Shown: positions 1 to 11,516 of the stretch, one piece after another | Layout: every line of letters begins with the position of its first letter | Numbering within the stretch: the stretch's first letter is position 1 | From: Tubulanus polymorphus | Taxonomy: Eukaryota > Animalia > Nemertea | Length of the DNA stretch: 64,000 nucleotides | NCBI RefSeq assembly: GCF_964204645.1 | Contig: NC_134028.1 | Span: 6,634,001 to 6,698,000, forward strand | Reading direction: 5' to 3' | The notes under the pieces: model-generated | The model's database searches: none | Seen by the model: the letters and a program-made list of their open reading frames with translations, nothing else | What the model was told of the DNA's origin: nothing | Program-made: the position numbers and the translations under genes

Positions 1-2510
1 CGGTAATTTTTTTTACCCAATTAGGCGGTTACCAAGTTAGTAACTGAATCCTTGTTAACTCCTTATATCCAGGAATGACTGATCCATAGGGACCTTACCC
101 TGCTTGAGGATACAAGCCATTTTTTACTTTGATCTCACATAAACGAGGCCTATTTTCATGTTGATATTCCTAATTTTAGGTTATTCATATATTAGCTTGC
201 TCGGCTACAATATTTTAGCCCAGTTTGGAACCGCCTAACTGGTTCGAATGAACCGGGTTGGCAAACTTGCCTCTCTGAATCACGGTTAGCAAGTAATTAA
301 ATCTTATCCACTAGCGAGGAGATTTACAGCGTTCGAAACCCTAAAAGCACCACGGATATTTGAGTTATTAGACTACATTTTCCAGGTATTGCCGAATCGA
401 TACAATACTAGTTTCATTAGTCGATACGGTGTACCACCGAACTGAGTTTGTTTGTATCTAAATTTAGACGTTTGTTTAGTGTATTTTATATATAAACCTA
501 TATTGACGTGCCTACACCCAGGCATACGCTTTGATTGTCTACGAGTGAAAATCAAATCTCCGTTTAGGTATATTCGGTGAATAAATTTGTCTTAATTTAG
601 TTGATCCCTCTTAGATGTGGATTCGCTTGCGTCGGTGATTTTAGTGGAAAGCTGTAGTTACTTCCGTTTGTATAGGCCTAGTAATTGTTACGTTTAACGA
701 TGAATTTGAGGAATTGAAATCAAGATTGTCGAGGTCATCCAGTAACTGCTATGGCAAAAAAATGTCCCTAGTTTAGCATGTTTTGCCAAATATCTGACTG
801 TTTGAAAATTATCGAAACAACTCGAAGTACATCCAAGTGTGCGCAGGGGAACTCCAGTGCGCTTTGCTACACTGCTTTCCTTGCCGATGCATATGCATTA
901 TTACTCAACCAGAAACTGGCACCTTAAAAATAGCACGTATATCGCTCGATGTTCTCGACAAACAATGATATGATATCGAGGATCGATGAAGTTATTTTCG
1001 ATTTGATAATAACCAATTTGAATGCGCTTGTCCGGAGGATGTAACGATGCATGAAACGAGAGTGTTTTTAAGACTTTAAGAACATGGACACATTACGTCC
1101 ATATTTGAATTCATCGACACACATCGACCTAGCTCCGGCTACGTTCAGTCCGTTCCGAAGTCAGATGGCGACTTAGAAAAAAATTGTCGGCAATAAAAAA
1201 ATTGTTCCATGTTTGATGGTAAATTGTGTTATCACTGTGTTGTAGTCGGCATTTGAATTCGTCGCGCTTACCATACATTAATATGTATGCGATAAGTCGA
1301 CCTTGGCACGCAGCGGAGCCGGCTCTGATTTCCTACGGGATTCCGGTTTTGAAATGTATTTCTCGCCGGCGGCAGCGACGACGGCGACATTTTTCACGAG
1401 TTCGTTGAATTTTTGAATGCAATTATCAGACGTTGAGATATTGCGTGACTATGACAGGAATGCTAATTATTGCGGCGTCTGTCCTACTGGGGGAATCAAC
1501 TCTCCTGCTAAGTTTTTGTTTGCTTCTTTACAAAATGTTCCATATATGGAAAAACCGTGGAAGACATTTTTCAACCCTCGGCTATTCGACCTAAATGTAG
1601 ATCAGCGATTGGGTATCTAGTAATCAATGGGCATTAGTTCTAGAGTTCCTCTGTAGATGGCAGTACAGTCAGTCTGTTATGTATTTTTCTCCACGCACCA
1701 AGCAAATGGTTGGAGAGTAATTAAATGATCTTATCATAGGCCTATCTTGTATTATCATATCTCATTTTTCTGGGTGGCATCTTGTCCTGGAAAACTCAGG
1801 GAGTCAGAAAAATTGAGAAAAAATCAAGCAAAACTCTGGAAATTTGGTAAATTTTGTAAACAAAAAAAAAAACCCCTGTGAACAATGGAGAATTTGTATA
1901 TTAACCGCACGTTGTTTATAAATAGGTGAAAGTTTCATCTAGGGTAACGTAGTGACTACTAACTAGCATCGATGTCCTATTGCACACTATCGCCACCTGT
2001 TGGATCTTCAATTGATTGCGATATATTGAAACGAAATGTTCTCGGCTGAAACTTTTTATTCGGAAAAAAAGACGTTCACGTACATTCGTGGGCGGCTTGC
2101 ATCGGCAATGCCACGTGTCGATCTGATTGGTTTTGCTCTTTATCATCCGTTGTCCGTAGACGAGTTTCATTTCCTGTCATATTCACTAGACCAGTAAACA
2201 AATCTCCAGTCTCCGAATGACTTCAGCTTCGTTGCCGTTCTCATTATAGCGGCTGCCGAACAACAAATCATTCCAGTTGGCGATTGTCATGGCAATTCAG
2301 TTACGTTCAATGCATGCGTCTCGTTTTCTTCGAAAATAAATTCACTCAGAAGATGGTAGGTAGGTTAGTTAGTGTATTCATGCTCGGGTAATGTGAAGCT
2401 CAAGATAAATGAACAATCGGGTTTCATCATTTAAACCTGAATGTGCTTGAATGTAAGCTGGAAATGGTTGGATTTTATGTATGTTTTAGGTTTTATAACA
2501 AGCCTATGTT

Positions 2511-2820
2511 AGGAGCGGTGTGGCCGAGTGGTTCGAGCGTTTGACAGTCTGGGAAGCAAGGTCGTGTGGACTCAAACCCGGTTCATAGTGTCCCCGGGCA
2601 AGACAGTTATCCTCATTGCCTCTCCCCACCCTGAAGTAAATGGGTACCTGGCCTGATAGAAGAGTCCTGAGCGCCTAGTAATTGCGCGGATGTGACTTCT
2701 CTCTTGACAGTGAGAAATGGCTGATACATGGTTAGGGCTAAACGTATGGGCTGTAGGTGATGATACAAACTAGTAACAGGAGTGTAAAGGCAGGCTGGCC
2801 AGGTATACCTAGTAATCAGG
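2511..2820 (+). mobile_element. tRNA-derived SINE (CORE-SINE-like), degenerate
   Basis: A-box TGGCCGAGTGG (2521) and B-box-like GGACTCAAACCC (~2568), followed by GTGTCCCCGGGCAAGACA...CATTGCCTC...GTAAATGGGTACC, which resembles the CORE domain of animal SINEs; 3' end approximate. Confidence 0.7.
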
Positions 2821-3469
2821 GAAAATTCAGGAAATTTCCTCCTCTTCGCTAGTCCAGGGAATCGGGGAATTTTGTAAAGCTAAAAATCAAGAGAAAAGTC
2901 AGAGAAATTTGTCGAGATTGCTAGATTGCGCATAAAATCTAACACTTTCCATGTCTTGGCATTTGTGGATTCTTGTGTTTTATTCAACTAACTACGGAAC
3001 TGGCTACATGTCTATAGGATCTATCTGTCAAACTTAACAGAAAATCTTAACCTCAAGTAGGGTTTCGTTTGAAATTTTGAAAAATCATGCGCAATGTGTA
3101 TATCTTAGCTGACTAAATACCTGCTTCCTGTGACGAACATTCAGTTTGATATAGAAGAGGCTTGTAATAGACATCAGGCCTTTTGGCTGGTCGGATCTTC
3201 TTTTACTTTACCTGCTTTATAGATGGATTATGAAACGTGTATCTGTATGAGGAGGTATCTATAATACAAGAGCGCGTATGATACTATCTAATTATGAGGC
3301 GACTCTCTGACTCTGTATCTATCTTTGTAGGGATGATGATGATGATAAGATATGCGAGTTGATGAGGCATTTATCCGTCTTGCCGTTTTCAGTTAATTAC
3401 CCGTTGTGTCCGATCAATCATTTTCAGCGAAAAGCTCGCTCTGTCTTTCTTCCGCGGTAAATAGCCATT

Positions 3470-3476
3470 ACGTTGC
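3470..3476. repeat. left target-site duplication ACGTTGC of the KDZ element
   Basis: Identical 7-mer at 28871-28877 immediately outside the right TIR; can also be read as 8 bp ACGTTGCC if the left end is shifted by 1 nt. Confidence 0.85.
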
Positions 3477-3615
3477 CACCCGATACACATCCCCTTCGTC
3501 GATACTTTATCAAAGAAGGGTAAACCTTCATTTGATAGTCTATCGCCTCGTGTTATAGTATACTATATTATGGTAACCCTTCTTAGATACTCATTGCCAG
3601 AAGGGCGCGCGCGTT
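3477..3615 (+). repeat. left terminal inverted repeat (139 bp)
   Basis: CACCCGATACACATCCCCTTC...GAAGGGCGCGCGCGTT is the reverse complement of 28732-28870. Confidence 0.95.
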
Positions 3616-3825
3616 GGTCGCAAATTTATATTTTGGTACTTAGTTCGGCATGACTGTCGGTTGTTATCGACAGATCCATCTTCTCAAGGACGAAGCCTAT
3701 TTGGGCCATACAAAACTCCTCCGGCTGGCATAACAATCGCGTTTTACAAGGATTTTAGGCCTGAATTCGATCAAGACGACAATCTGCATCCAATCCCCGT
3801 GTACACTGGTAAGTAAGGTGGCCTA

Positions 3826-4775
3826 ATGTCTATTTCATTTTCAATTTCAACCTGACTTGTGACATTTCGTGAGAAGCATACCGGGTGGCCTACTCAGTCA
3901 GTTATGGTGGTACACGTATACCTGTCCTGATAAAAGTCTCACTACGACCGGAAAGCAATGGCAGCTGACCTAAAACATCGTGTTTTAATCAATTTTAAAC
4001 TGCTTTAAAGGACATCCAAAAAGTCTGCATTGAAAGAGGTTCATGAGAGAAAAGAGACTCCATGATTATGATTTAAATATTTATCAATATCTGAATATGT
4101 TTCCATGCCTACCAACTCAACTGAAGTTTGGTGTGTAGGCATGGAAACCTATTGTTAAACTTTCAAATTATGGAGTCAAATTTCTTTATTTAAGCCCGGC
4201 ACACACCTTTGCGATTGATCGTATGATCGCTTCATCGCATGGTTTTATCGCATCATTGTAAAGGTATGCGGTGGCATCCGGAGCCGATTACATCGCAACA
4301 AATCAAACATGTTTCTTATTTTCGTATGCGATTTTTCCGTGAGATAAGAAAGGTCTGCGGGCTACGCTGCCGATGTTCCGGATAAAAATTTTTAGTAACC
4401 AATCAGAATTAAGGATAAAGCAGTCATATGATGTTCAAAATCAGCGGCTCAGTCACGTGATTGAATCCAACTCGAGGCCCTCTTAAAAATAGCAAAGGTA
4501 TGCGGCGATGATACGATTTTCATCGTGTCATCGCTACATCGCATGCGATGATACGATGTCGCGATGATCGCAAAGGTGTGCACCCGGCTTTAGGCGGCCT
4601 AATCCCCTTTCAATGCAGACGTTTTGGATATCTTTTAATACAGTTTCAAATGGATTAAAAAATGATGTTTTAGATCCACTGCCAGTGCTTTCTGGTCTAA
4701 TAAGACCAGGTATGTACTACCAAAAATGAGCGAGCTAGGCCACCTGATGTGCTCTCAAGTCAAGTTGAAATAGAC
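3826..4775. mobile_element. degenerate fold-back (long inverted-arm) non-autonomous element
   Basis: Arms pair, e.g. AAAGGACATCCAAAAAGTCTGCATTGAAAG (~4007) with CTTTCAATGCAGACGTTTTGGATATCTTT (~4607), and GGTGGCCT with AGGCCACC; ends approximate. Confidence 0.6.
4193..4589. mobile_element. PIF/Harbinger-like MITE nested in the fold-back element
   Basis: TIR AGCCCGGCACACACCTTTGCGAT / ATCGCAAAGGTGTGCACCCGGCT, TTA on both sides. Confidence 0.75.
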
Positions 4776-4829
4776 GTAGTAGTTCGGGTTTTCCACGCCT
4801 CATGCTTGACATTATTAGCAGGCCTACTT

Positions 4830-5001
4830 CGGGGATCATTCATTTATTACGTACAGTACGCATAGTATTTGAATTTTTCAACCCCCCTCCCCTCAGTATG
4901 CAAAATCGGCCATTTTTGCATCTACATTAAGCATTACAGTACGCTATTGCACTTATCCCTTCCCCCCTCCTGGCTCTAGCGTGTAATAAATGAATGACCC
5001 C
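4830..5001. mobile_element. short MITE
   Basis: GGGGATCATTCATTTATTAC ... GTAATAAATGAATGACCCC inverted ends. Confidence 0.55.
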
Positions 5002-5442
5002 TGTTAGTGTTAGCTTCACGCCTGTTTCTCTGTTGTATGGAAGCCCTGAGACGACATCTTGGGTTCACGAGTTCCCCAGTTCATAACTTCCCAAGTTAAT
5101 GAGATTTCGAGTTTATTTGGCCATGCACGACATTATGAAATTACGCGACATAAAGATTCGTCTCAGGGCTTCCGTACTATGTTGGGATATCTCGCTTACT
5201 TTTTGGGGAACGTACCTCATTTAGGTCTTAACAGATTCCCAAAAATCGTGGACAACAACCGAAATCCAATATTATTCCAGTTCTGCACCAATTAGATGGA
5301 TTGGCAAAAAGACTCCTTTAGTCCAGTTGAATAGGAGAGAAAATCCTCCATTTTGTGAGATTTCTTGAATTTGAACATTGTCACCATGACTGACGAACAT
5401 ATTTTCCACATAGGGTGAATTTTAATGACTTAAAAATGAAAC

Positions 5443-6717
5443 TTTTTTAGCCCACTTGGGACTTTAGTCCCAGCGGGCTATTGCGTTCACTTTTCGTCCG
5501 TCCATCTGTTCGTCTGTCCGTAGACGGAATCCAGTTATTTTGGGAAGTTTTGAAGACGCTTCAAGGTAATGGCTTGATATTTGGTTTATACATGCATCTA
5601 CCCTAGACACATCTTCAGCCCAAAAACTGGCCCTATCAGAATCAACATGGCCGACTGGCAGCCATTGTTGTTTGCCAAAATCAGCACTTTTTACACATTT
5701 TCGAAGTTTACGAGGGAAATTTTGAAGACGATATGATCAATTACCTTGATCTTTCGAATATATTTGAATCTACCAAGGGCCCATCAGCATAAGAAAAATT
5801 GGGTCCATCTGACTCAAGATGGCCGTCCTATGACCTTTTTAGTGCCCAAAAATGTCAATTTTGGCCAGAATTCTAGGTCCTGTAGCTTCCTACTGGTTTG
5901 CCATTTCTCATTGCAATTTGTGATGGGTATTCTTTGTAAAGGGATGTTTTATACCCGAGATAGGTATTTTTGATCCGCCAATTATGACGCAATTGGCAGC
6001 CATCTTGGTGTCATTAGTACTCATTCGTAGGTGGGAAAAAGTTTTGTTCGACATTATATTGGTACCTAAGCATATTTTGTTACAACAATGAATTAGAAAG
6101 TTTTAGAGTATAATGTGTTCTATGATTGGGGTGAGTTTCAAGTTCATTGTTTTTTGTATATGGCCACCAGGGGGCGTTGAATAATACAATATCTTAGTAT
6201 TTCTATATTATATTTGTACCAATACATATTTTGTTACCGCAATCAATTGCAAAGTTGTAGCTCATGACATCATCTATGATTGTGGTGAGTTTTAAGGAAA
6301 TTAGTAATTCTACATAGTCACCAGGGGGCGTTGAATAGTAGAATAACCTGGTATTTCCTTATTATATTGGTACCTAGGCATATTTTGTTACCATGATCAA
6401 TTGCGAAGTTGTAGTTCATGACATGTTCTATGAATATGGTGAGTTACAAGGTTATTGGGTTTTGAATATGGTCACCAGGGGGCGTTGAATAGTAGATTAA
6501 CTTAGTATTTCCATATTAAATTAGTAACGTGGCATTTTTTGTTATCACAATCAATTACAAAATCGTAGCTGCTGACATGTTTTATGATTGTATTGGGTTT
6601 CAAGGTCATTGGTTTTTGTATATGGTCACCAGAGGGCGTTGAATATTGAAATTGTTAGATTGTTGAGCATTTGAAACCACTTCCCAAGTGGGCATGGTGT
6701 CCCTGGACCCCTAGTTT
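5443..6717 (+). mobile_element. Helentron-associated non-autonomous element (HINE/DINE-1-like) with 154-bp internal tandem repeats
   Basis: T-run + subterminal IR GCCCACTTGGG with nearby hairpin, CCGT/CTGT microsatellite, four 154-bp units (CACCAGGGGGCGTTGAATA at 6165, 6319, 6473, 6627), 3' CCCAAGTGGGC + hairpin + CTAGTTT. Confidence 0.75.
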
Positions 6718-7326
6718 CGATCACAATAAAAACTTCTTGGGTACTGCCACAGAGACCGTCTGCAGGCTGCTCGGATCCAAATGGGGGCATGCTCATCGAT
6801 TGCGTCCCCTAACCCCTAGTTGATATTTGATTGCATTGTAAAGATTTTGTAATACGACTAAATAGAGTAGATGTGTTAAACTTAAAAATCGTCTTTTATA
6901 CATGAGTATCACATTTGTAATTACATTTATATTCGATTTCATTTGGACAGAATCAACAAGATGAATGGACCCTTCGATATCAAGTTTCTCACATAACCTA
7001 TGTGCGATTCATACAATCAAATAACAGGCAAGTTGTAATAGCCCCCAACAAATTACCGGTACCTGAATTATGGCACTGAAGGAACTTGGGGATTTGCTCA
7101 GTATTCCATTTCGTTCAGTAATCCATTTGGGCTCTGTTCCAATCACAATATATGTATTGATTTCAGCATTTCTAATATTTTCTTTTCCAGAAAGACTGAT
7201 GTAGACTAAACTATAATTTAATTGTTAAATTCACCAAAGCAAGTGAAGTTTCCTCAACAGCTCTACTCCGATCTCAATGAATGAAAAATGTAAATGAATT
7301 GGTTTCTTGTACTATAATAAATTCTT

Positions 7327-10300
7327 TTATTCTTTCAATTCAATTGGTTGATGTTTTTCTACAATACTTTGTATCTTTTTATCATACGAGATCACCATAT
7401 CCATAACGGATGTCAGGTTTTCAATCGGCTCCCATGTGTTGTGTTTTGAAGAGAAGTCCAACCACTTAATTTTGTAATATTGTTGACCTCCTTTCGATTG
7501 ATGACCAACAATTTTTTCCACCAAGAATATGTCTGGAATTAAAGATTGATATCAAATATACTACCACAGGCTACATATTACAATTGAAATTTTGCGCTTT
7601 AAGATGCTGTTTCTGCATAAATACATACCATCATTTGGTTTCTTTCTGGATTTATTTGCTAAAATGAAAAAAAACTCAATCATTTTTTTTTTAAACGAAA
7701 CTACAGTGAACACCTCCCTTAGTGAACTCCTCTATTTAGTGAACGCCTCCCTTAGAGAACACTTTTACCCGGGAACCAAATTTTCCCTACTCATTTTCAA
7801 TTAAACAGAACCACCATTTAGTGAACTTTACCAAATGAGTATTTATAGTGAACAGTGGTCCCATCCCAAAATAACCTTGTCCTCACTAGCGTGTTGTACC
7901 CAGGTTTCAACGTACCTGGGTTCAATGAAAACCCGCGTTCACGGTGAGTAGCGTCTACACTTAACACAATTTCGGTAGTAAGAAACAACATCTTTAGTGC
8001 AAGTTCAAGGTCAATTGTGGCGCCTGAACTCTGCATTGAACGCGGGTTCACTGTCTAGACTAGCAAAAAATGCAGAGTTTTACGTGACAGGGGGTTTCAA
8101 TGTGGAGTGTTCTTCTTCAAGAAGGGTTTCTAAAACCTGGGTTTTGCGGAAAAATATGTGCTACCTCCAATTAGTGAACACCTCTCTATAGTGAACAATT
8201 TCTTAGGAAGCGAAGTGTTCACTAGAGAGGTTATGCTGTATTCGATTGGTATTAACTGAATTGAAGGCTGCATACCTGATTTCTCCTTTTTCTTTGTGAC
8301 AACTTCGGTTTTTCTTTTTGTCATAGGTTCTGTTGAAAAAAAGAAAGGATAATTCAGCCTAGCTATTCAATAATATCTCATTTTATTTATTTTCTAAATA
8401 TAAAGAACAATACGTACCTCTGATGATCTCTGCACTATCTGAATCTACAATGAGAAACAAGATAATTTACCCCAATATTACCATAGCTTGTAAGTTTATA
8501 AGACAAAAAGACTTAGTTGTACCTTCAGTGGCTTCTGGAAACAGAAGTTCTTCAGTTGGTGACGCTGCTTCTCCGTGGCTCATAGTATCAACTAATAAGA
8601 AATAATTCTAATATTATCCATCAGTTTCATTTCCATTTCATTTCCATTAAAACATATCAATTGATTTTGAAATAACAGACCAATGCATTACTTGGAAAAA
8701 AGCATATTGTATTTGTGATATAAGGAAAAAAGAATTGATACCATGTTTCTTATTTCTGAGCTTAAAAATTGACGCAGGTGGCCATGTATCTACTCTGTAT
8801 ATTTACTTTTTTTGAAACCATTAACAAGCTAACAATAACAGACCTGGCAGTTACAGAAATAAACTGATTAGAAAATTTATTGCCGAGGACAAACAAGGTA
8901 TCAATTTTTTACCTTATAAAACACAATAATGCTGATCTGGCTGCTTTGAAATATTTCTTTAAACGTGCATACCCTACCATTATTTATTTTCCTTTTCTTG
9001 ATGCCAGTTTTGATTACTGAAAGAGAACAATTTTTTAATTGATTTTGTGCAATTATACTTCATCAAAGACTGCATAGCTTAGTGTTAAAAACGTACCTGA
9101 TTTCCCTGTTTTCTTTGTGAGGACTTCGGCTTTTCTTTTTGCCATATTAGGTTCTGTTGAAAAAAAGAAAGAATAATTCAGCCTAGCGATACAACAATAT
9201 CTTTTTTGCTTAAACGTAAGAAAAACATAAGAATACGTACCTCTGATGATCTCTGTAGCATCTGAATCTACAATGAGAAACAAGATAATTTACCCCAATA
9301 TTACCATAGCTTGTAAGTTTATAAGACAAAAAGACTTAGTTGTACCTTCAGTGGCTTCTGGAAACTGAAGTTCTTCAGTTGGTGACGCTGCTTCTTCGTG
9401 GCTCATAGTATCAACTAATAAGAAATAATTCTAATGTTATCCTTCCATATTCCATTAAGACATATACCAGTACCAGTACATTGTATTTCAATACATTAAG
9501 CCCACACAAAGAAATACCCTAGTTCTTCAAGGTCAAATGCCACCCGCATCATAAAAAAAGTAAAAATCGAAATTAATTAAATTAAAATCGAAAATTCAAA
9601 TGCGCTAACCCGCATTGGCAAACCATCAATCTGAATCGTCTTTTTTTATTATAAAAATTAAATCCTGCTCGCCCGCACCGCTGTATTTGTTATTTACTTA
9701 CTTCCCGCATCTCTTATATAAGTCTCTGGTTTCGAGCTTTTTATTTCAACTCTTTTTCAAAGGAGCTATGAAAATATAATTTGCTCACCAGCGTCACTTT
9801 CCAGAAAAAACCTGAGAAACTACGGTATTTCTTTGTGTGGCCTAATAATGACATTCAATATATCAACATCAAGATAAATGTTGATATATTATGTAATAGT
9901 GTGTCTAACTTAGTGTGTTAAATATCTATTACCGGTAAGTTGAAACAGTGTACCTTCGAAGTATATTTTATCTTCCTTTTTCAAAAGTGCTTTCAGCGAG
10001 TTTTTTGCATAAGATGATGGTCTTTTCAAAATTATTCCAGTTGGCAAATTAAATGCCCTGACTTGACCAGCATCAACCGCTTTGTAGCTGCATCTCGTCC
10101 CGGAGATACCCTTTATTGCTGAAGCTATATAATGGCGCATATGAAATGATTACGATTGTCAAATGCTGAATTTTTCGACTATTTGAATGTATAATCAAAT
10201 CAAGTAGCTAAAATATATGCTTACTGTATTTACGATTGAACATATCTGTGACTTTCGATCGCAGTACGTTGACATCTTCTAATTGATTGTCATCATCTGA

Positions 10301-11516
10301 ATGTAGCAACAAACGTATAGAAACTGAGACTGCCTGAATTATCTTAGTTAATGATAGTGAAAGTGTGTATGTTTGAATTATCTTTACCTGGCTGATAAAG
10401 TGACTTCAGACTTTGCTGAACCTCTCTCTGTTTTTCAAACCACTTTGTTGGAATTGGTGATCCACATATAAACATTCTATTCCCATCCTTAGTAATAGCA
10501 ATAGCCACAACATCCAACTTTTCTGTTGTCGAAGTAAATTTATTTACCTGAAGTATAATTATGTTATTTAGATGACTGCAAATAACATAAACGTTAATGG
10601 TTAAATGAAACGGCCTACCTTTTTTTCTAGTTCATGCACCAGAAATTCAATGTTATTTTCTTTATTTTCTGGGCCGATAGGCTGGCTGTGGCTTGCAGCC
10701 CTCTGTGCGTATGAAGCCATTGCTTCCTCTGTTTGGTCATTCCAATTTCCCTGGCCTAAAATGATATACAAATTACACACACCTCACTTTAAACAGGCTC
10801 AGCAACTACATAGAGGTTGACTAAAATCAACATGTATCTAGCTTACATTTTCCTTTTTTTTTATCAGAGAGATAAACATCGTACGGTCTGCATGATCGAA
10901 TGCGCTGCTTCTTACTCAGATTTTCATAGTTGTAAATCCCAGCTTTCTTTCGACATTGTACCTTGTGGTTCTCTATCCATTTCTTAAACAGAATAAACTA
11001 AAACTTTTAAAATACAGTTTATCAATTTATTATTTTAGTAAAAGTGCTTCATCACAAAGTCTGGAGAAAACACCGTAGGCCCTAGATCATAAGAAAAAGT
11101 TATATAGGCCTACCTTAACTGATTTCTCTGGCATGCCTGTAGCAACACTGGCTTCTCGAACCATTCCTTTGGTAAATTCATTTCCACAATGAGTCATCCC
11201 TTTCTCATAATAGGACACCAAAGTAGACTGTCTGAATTCAAATTGAAACTAAAGCAGTTAACGACTGTTAAATGTAAGTAGCTTAAAAGATCTTTCATAG
11301 TCAAACTCGCCAAAGTTCATCAGAGAGGTTGTCATAAGTTATCTCTGATCTTGGAACGACATTAGGCTAAGTCAACAACGTAATGATAGTGCATGTATCA
11401 GTTAATTATAAGAACTAGGTCTGAATGGTTTGATAGTAGAGACCTGCCCAAGTGCATGCTTACCTTTCCTTGGTGTTTAATAATGGCCCATGGGTATTTT
11501 CAAATTCTTTGTCCAT
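7327..11516 (-). CDS. transposon cargo protein: HDX-like homeodomain + degenerate HMG box + GTF2I-like repeat + acidic/basic linker + C-terminal chromodomain (~461 aa, ~15 exons)
   Basis: In-phase GT-AG exons 11516-11464, 11231-11114, 10982-10847, 10755-10619, 10547-10388, 10296-10225, 10124-9954, 9414-9346, 9267-9241, 9153-9097, 8591-8523, 8444-8418, 8329-8276, 7658-7629, 7532-7327. Motifs: RQSTLVSYYEKGMTHCG...ATGMPEKSVKKWIENHK; RPYDVYLSD...WNDQTEEAMASYAQRA; LRSKVTDMFNRKY...NLPTGIILKRPSSYAKNSLKALLKKEDKIYF; FLVEKIVGH...YKIKWLDFSSKHNTWEPIENL. Linker exon set is least certain. Confidence 0.8.
7704..8238. mobile_element. Tc1/mariner-pogo-like MITE in an intron of the cargo gene
   Basis: TA|CAGTGAACACCTC...TAGTGAAC and GTTCACTAGAGAGGTTATGCTG|TA; repeated TTAGTGAAC subterminal motifs. 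Confidence 0.7.
8276..9445. repeat. tandem duplication of a ~340-bp three-exon block (8276-8620 and 9097-9445)
   Basis: Near-identical exons and introns (DTMSHxEAASPTEELxFPEATE / DSDxxEIIR / EPxxxKRKxEV). Confidence 0.9.
9500..9842. mobile_element. PIF/Harbinger-like MITE
   Basis: TAA|GCCCACACAAAGAAATACC ... GGTATTTCTTTGTGTGGCC|TAA. Confidence 0.7.

Noticed and set aside
2511-2585. Functional tRNA gene
   Set aside because: Cloverleaf is degenerate and continues into a SINE core
7010-7204. Alternative last exon after the chromodomain
   Set aside because: Phase-compatible but needs a weak donor and has no recognisable motif; unsupported
8976-9026. Extra mini-exon in the linker region
   Set aside because: Contains an in-frame TAA in the required phase; left out of the model
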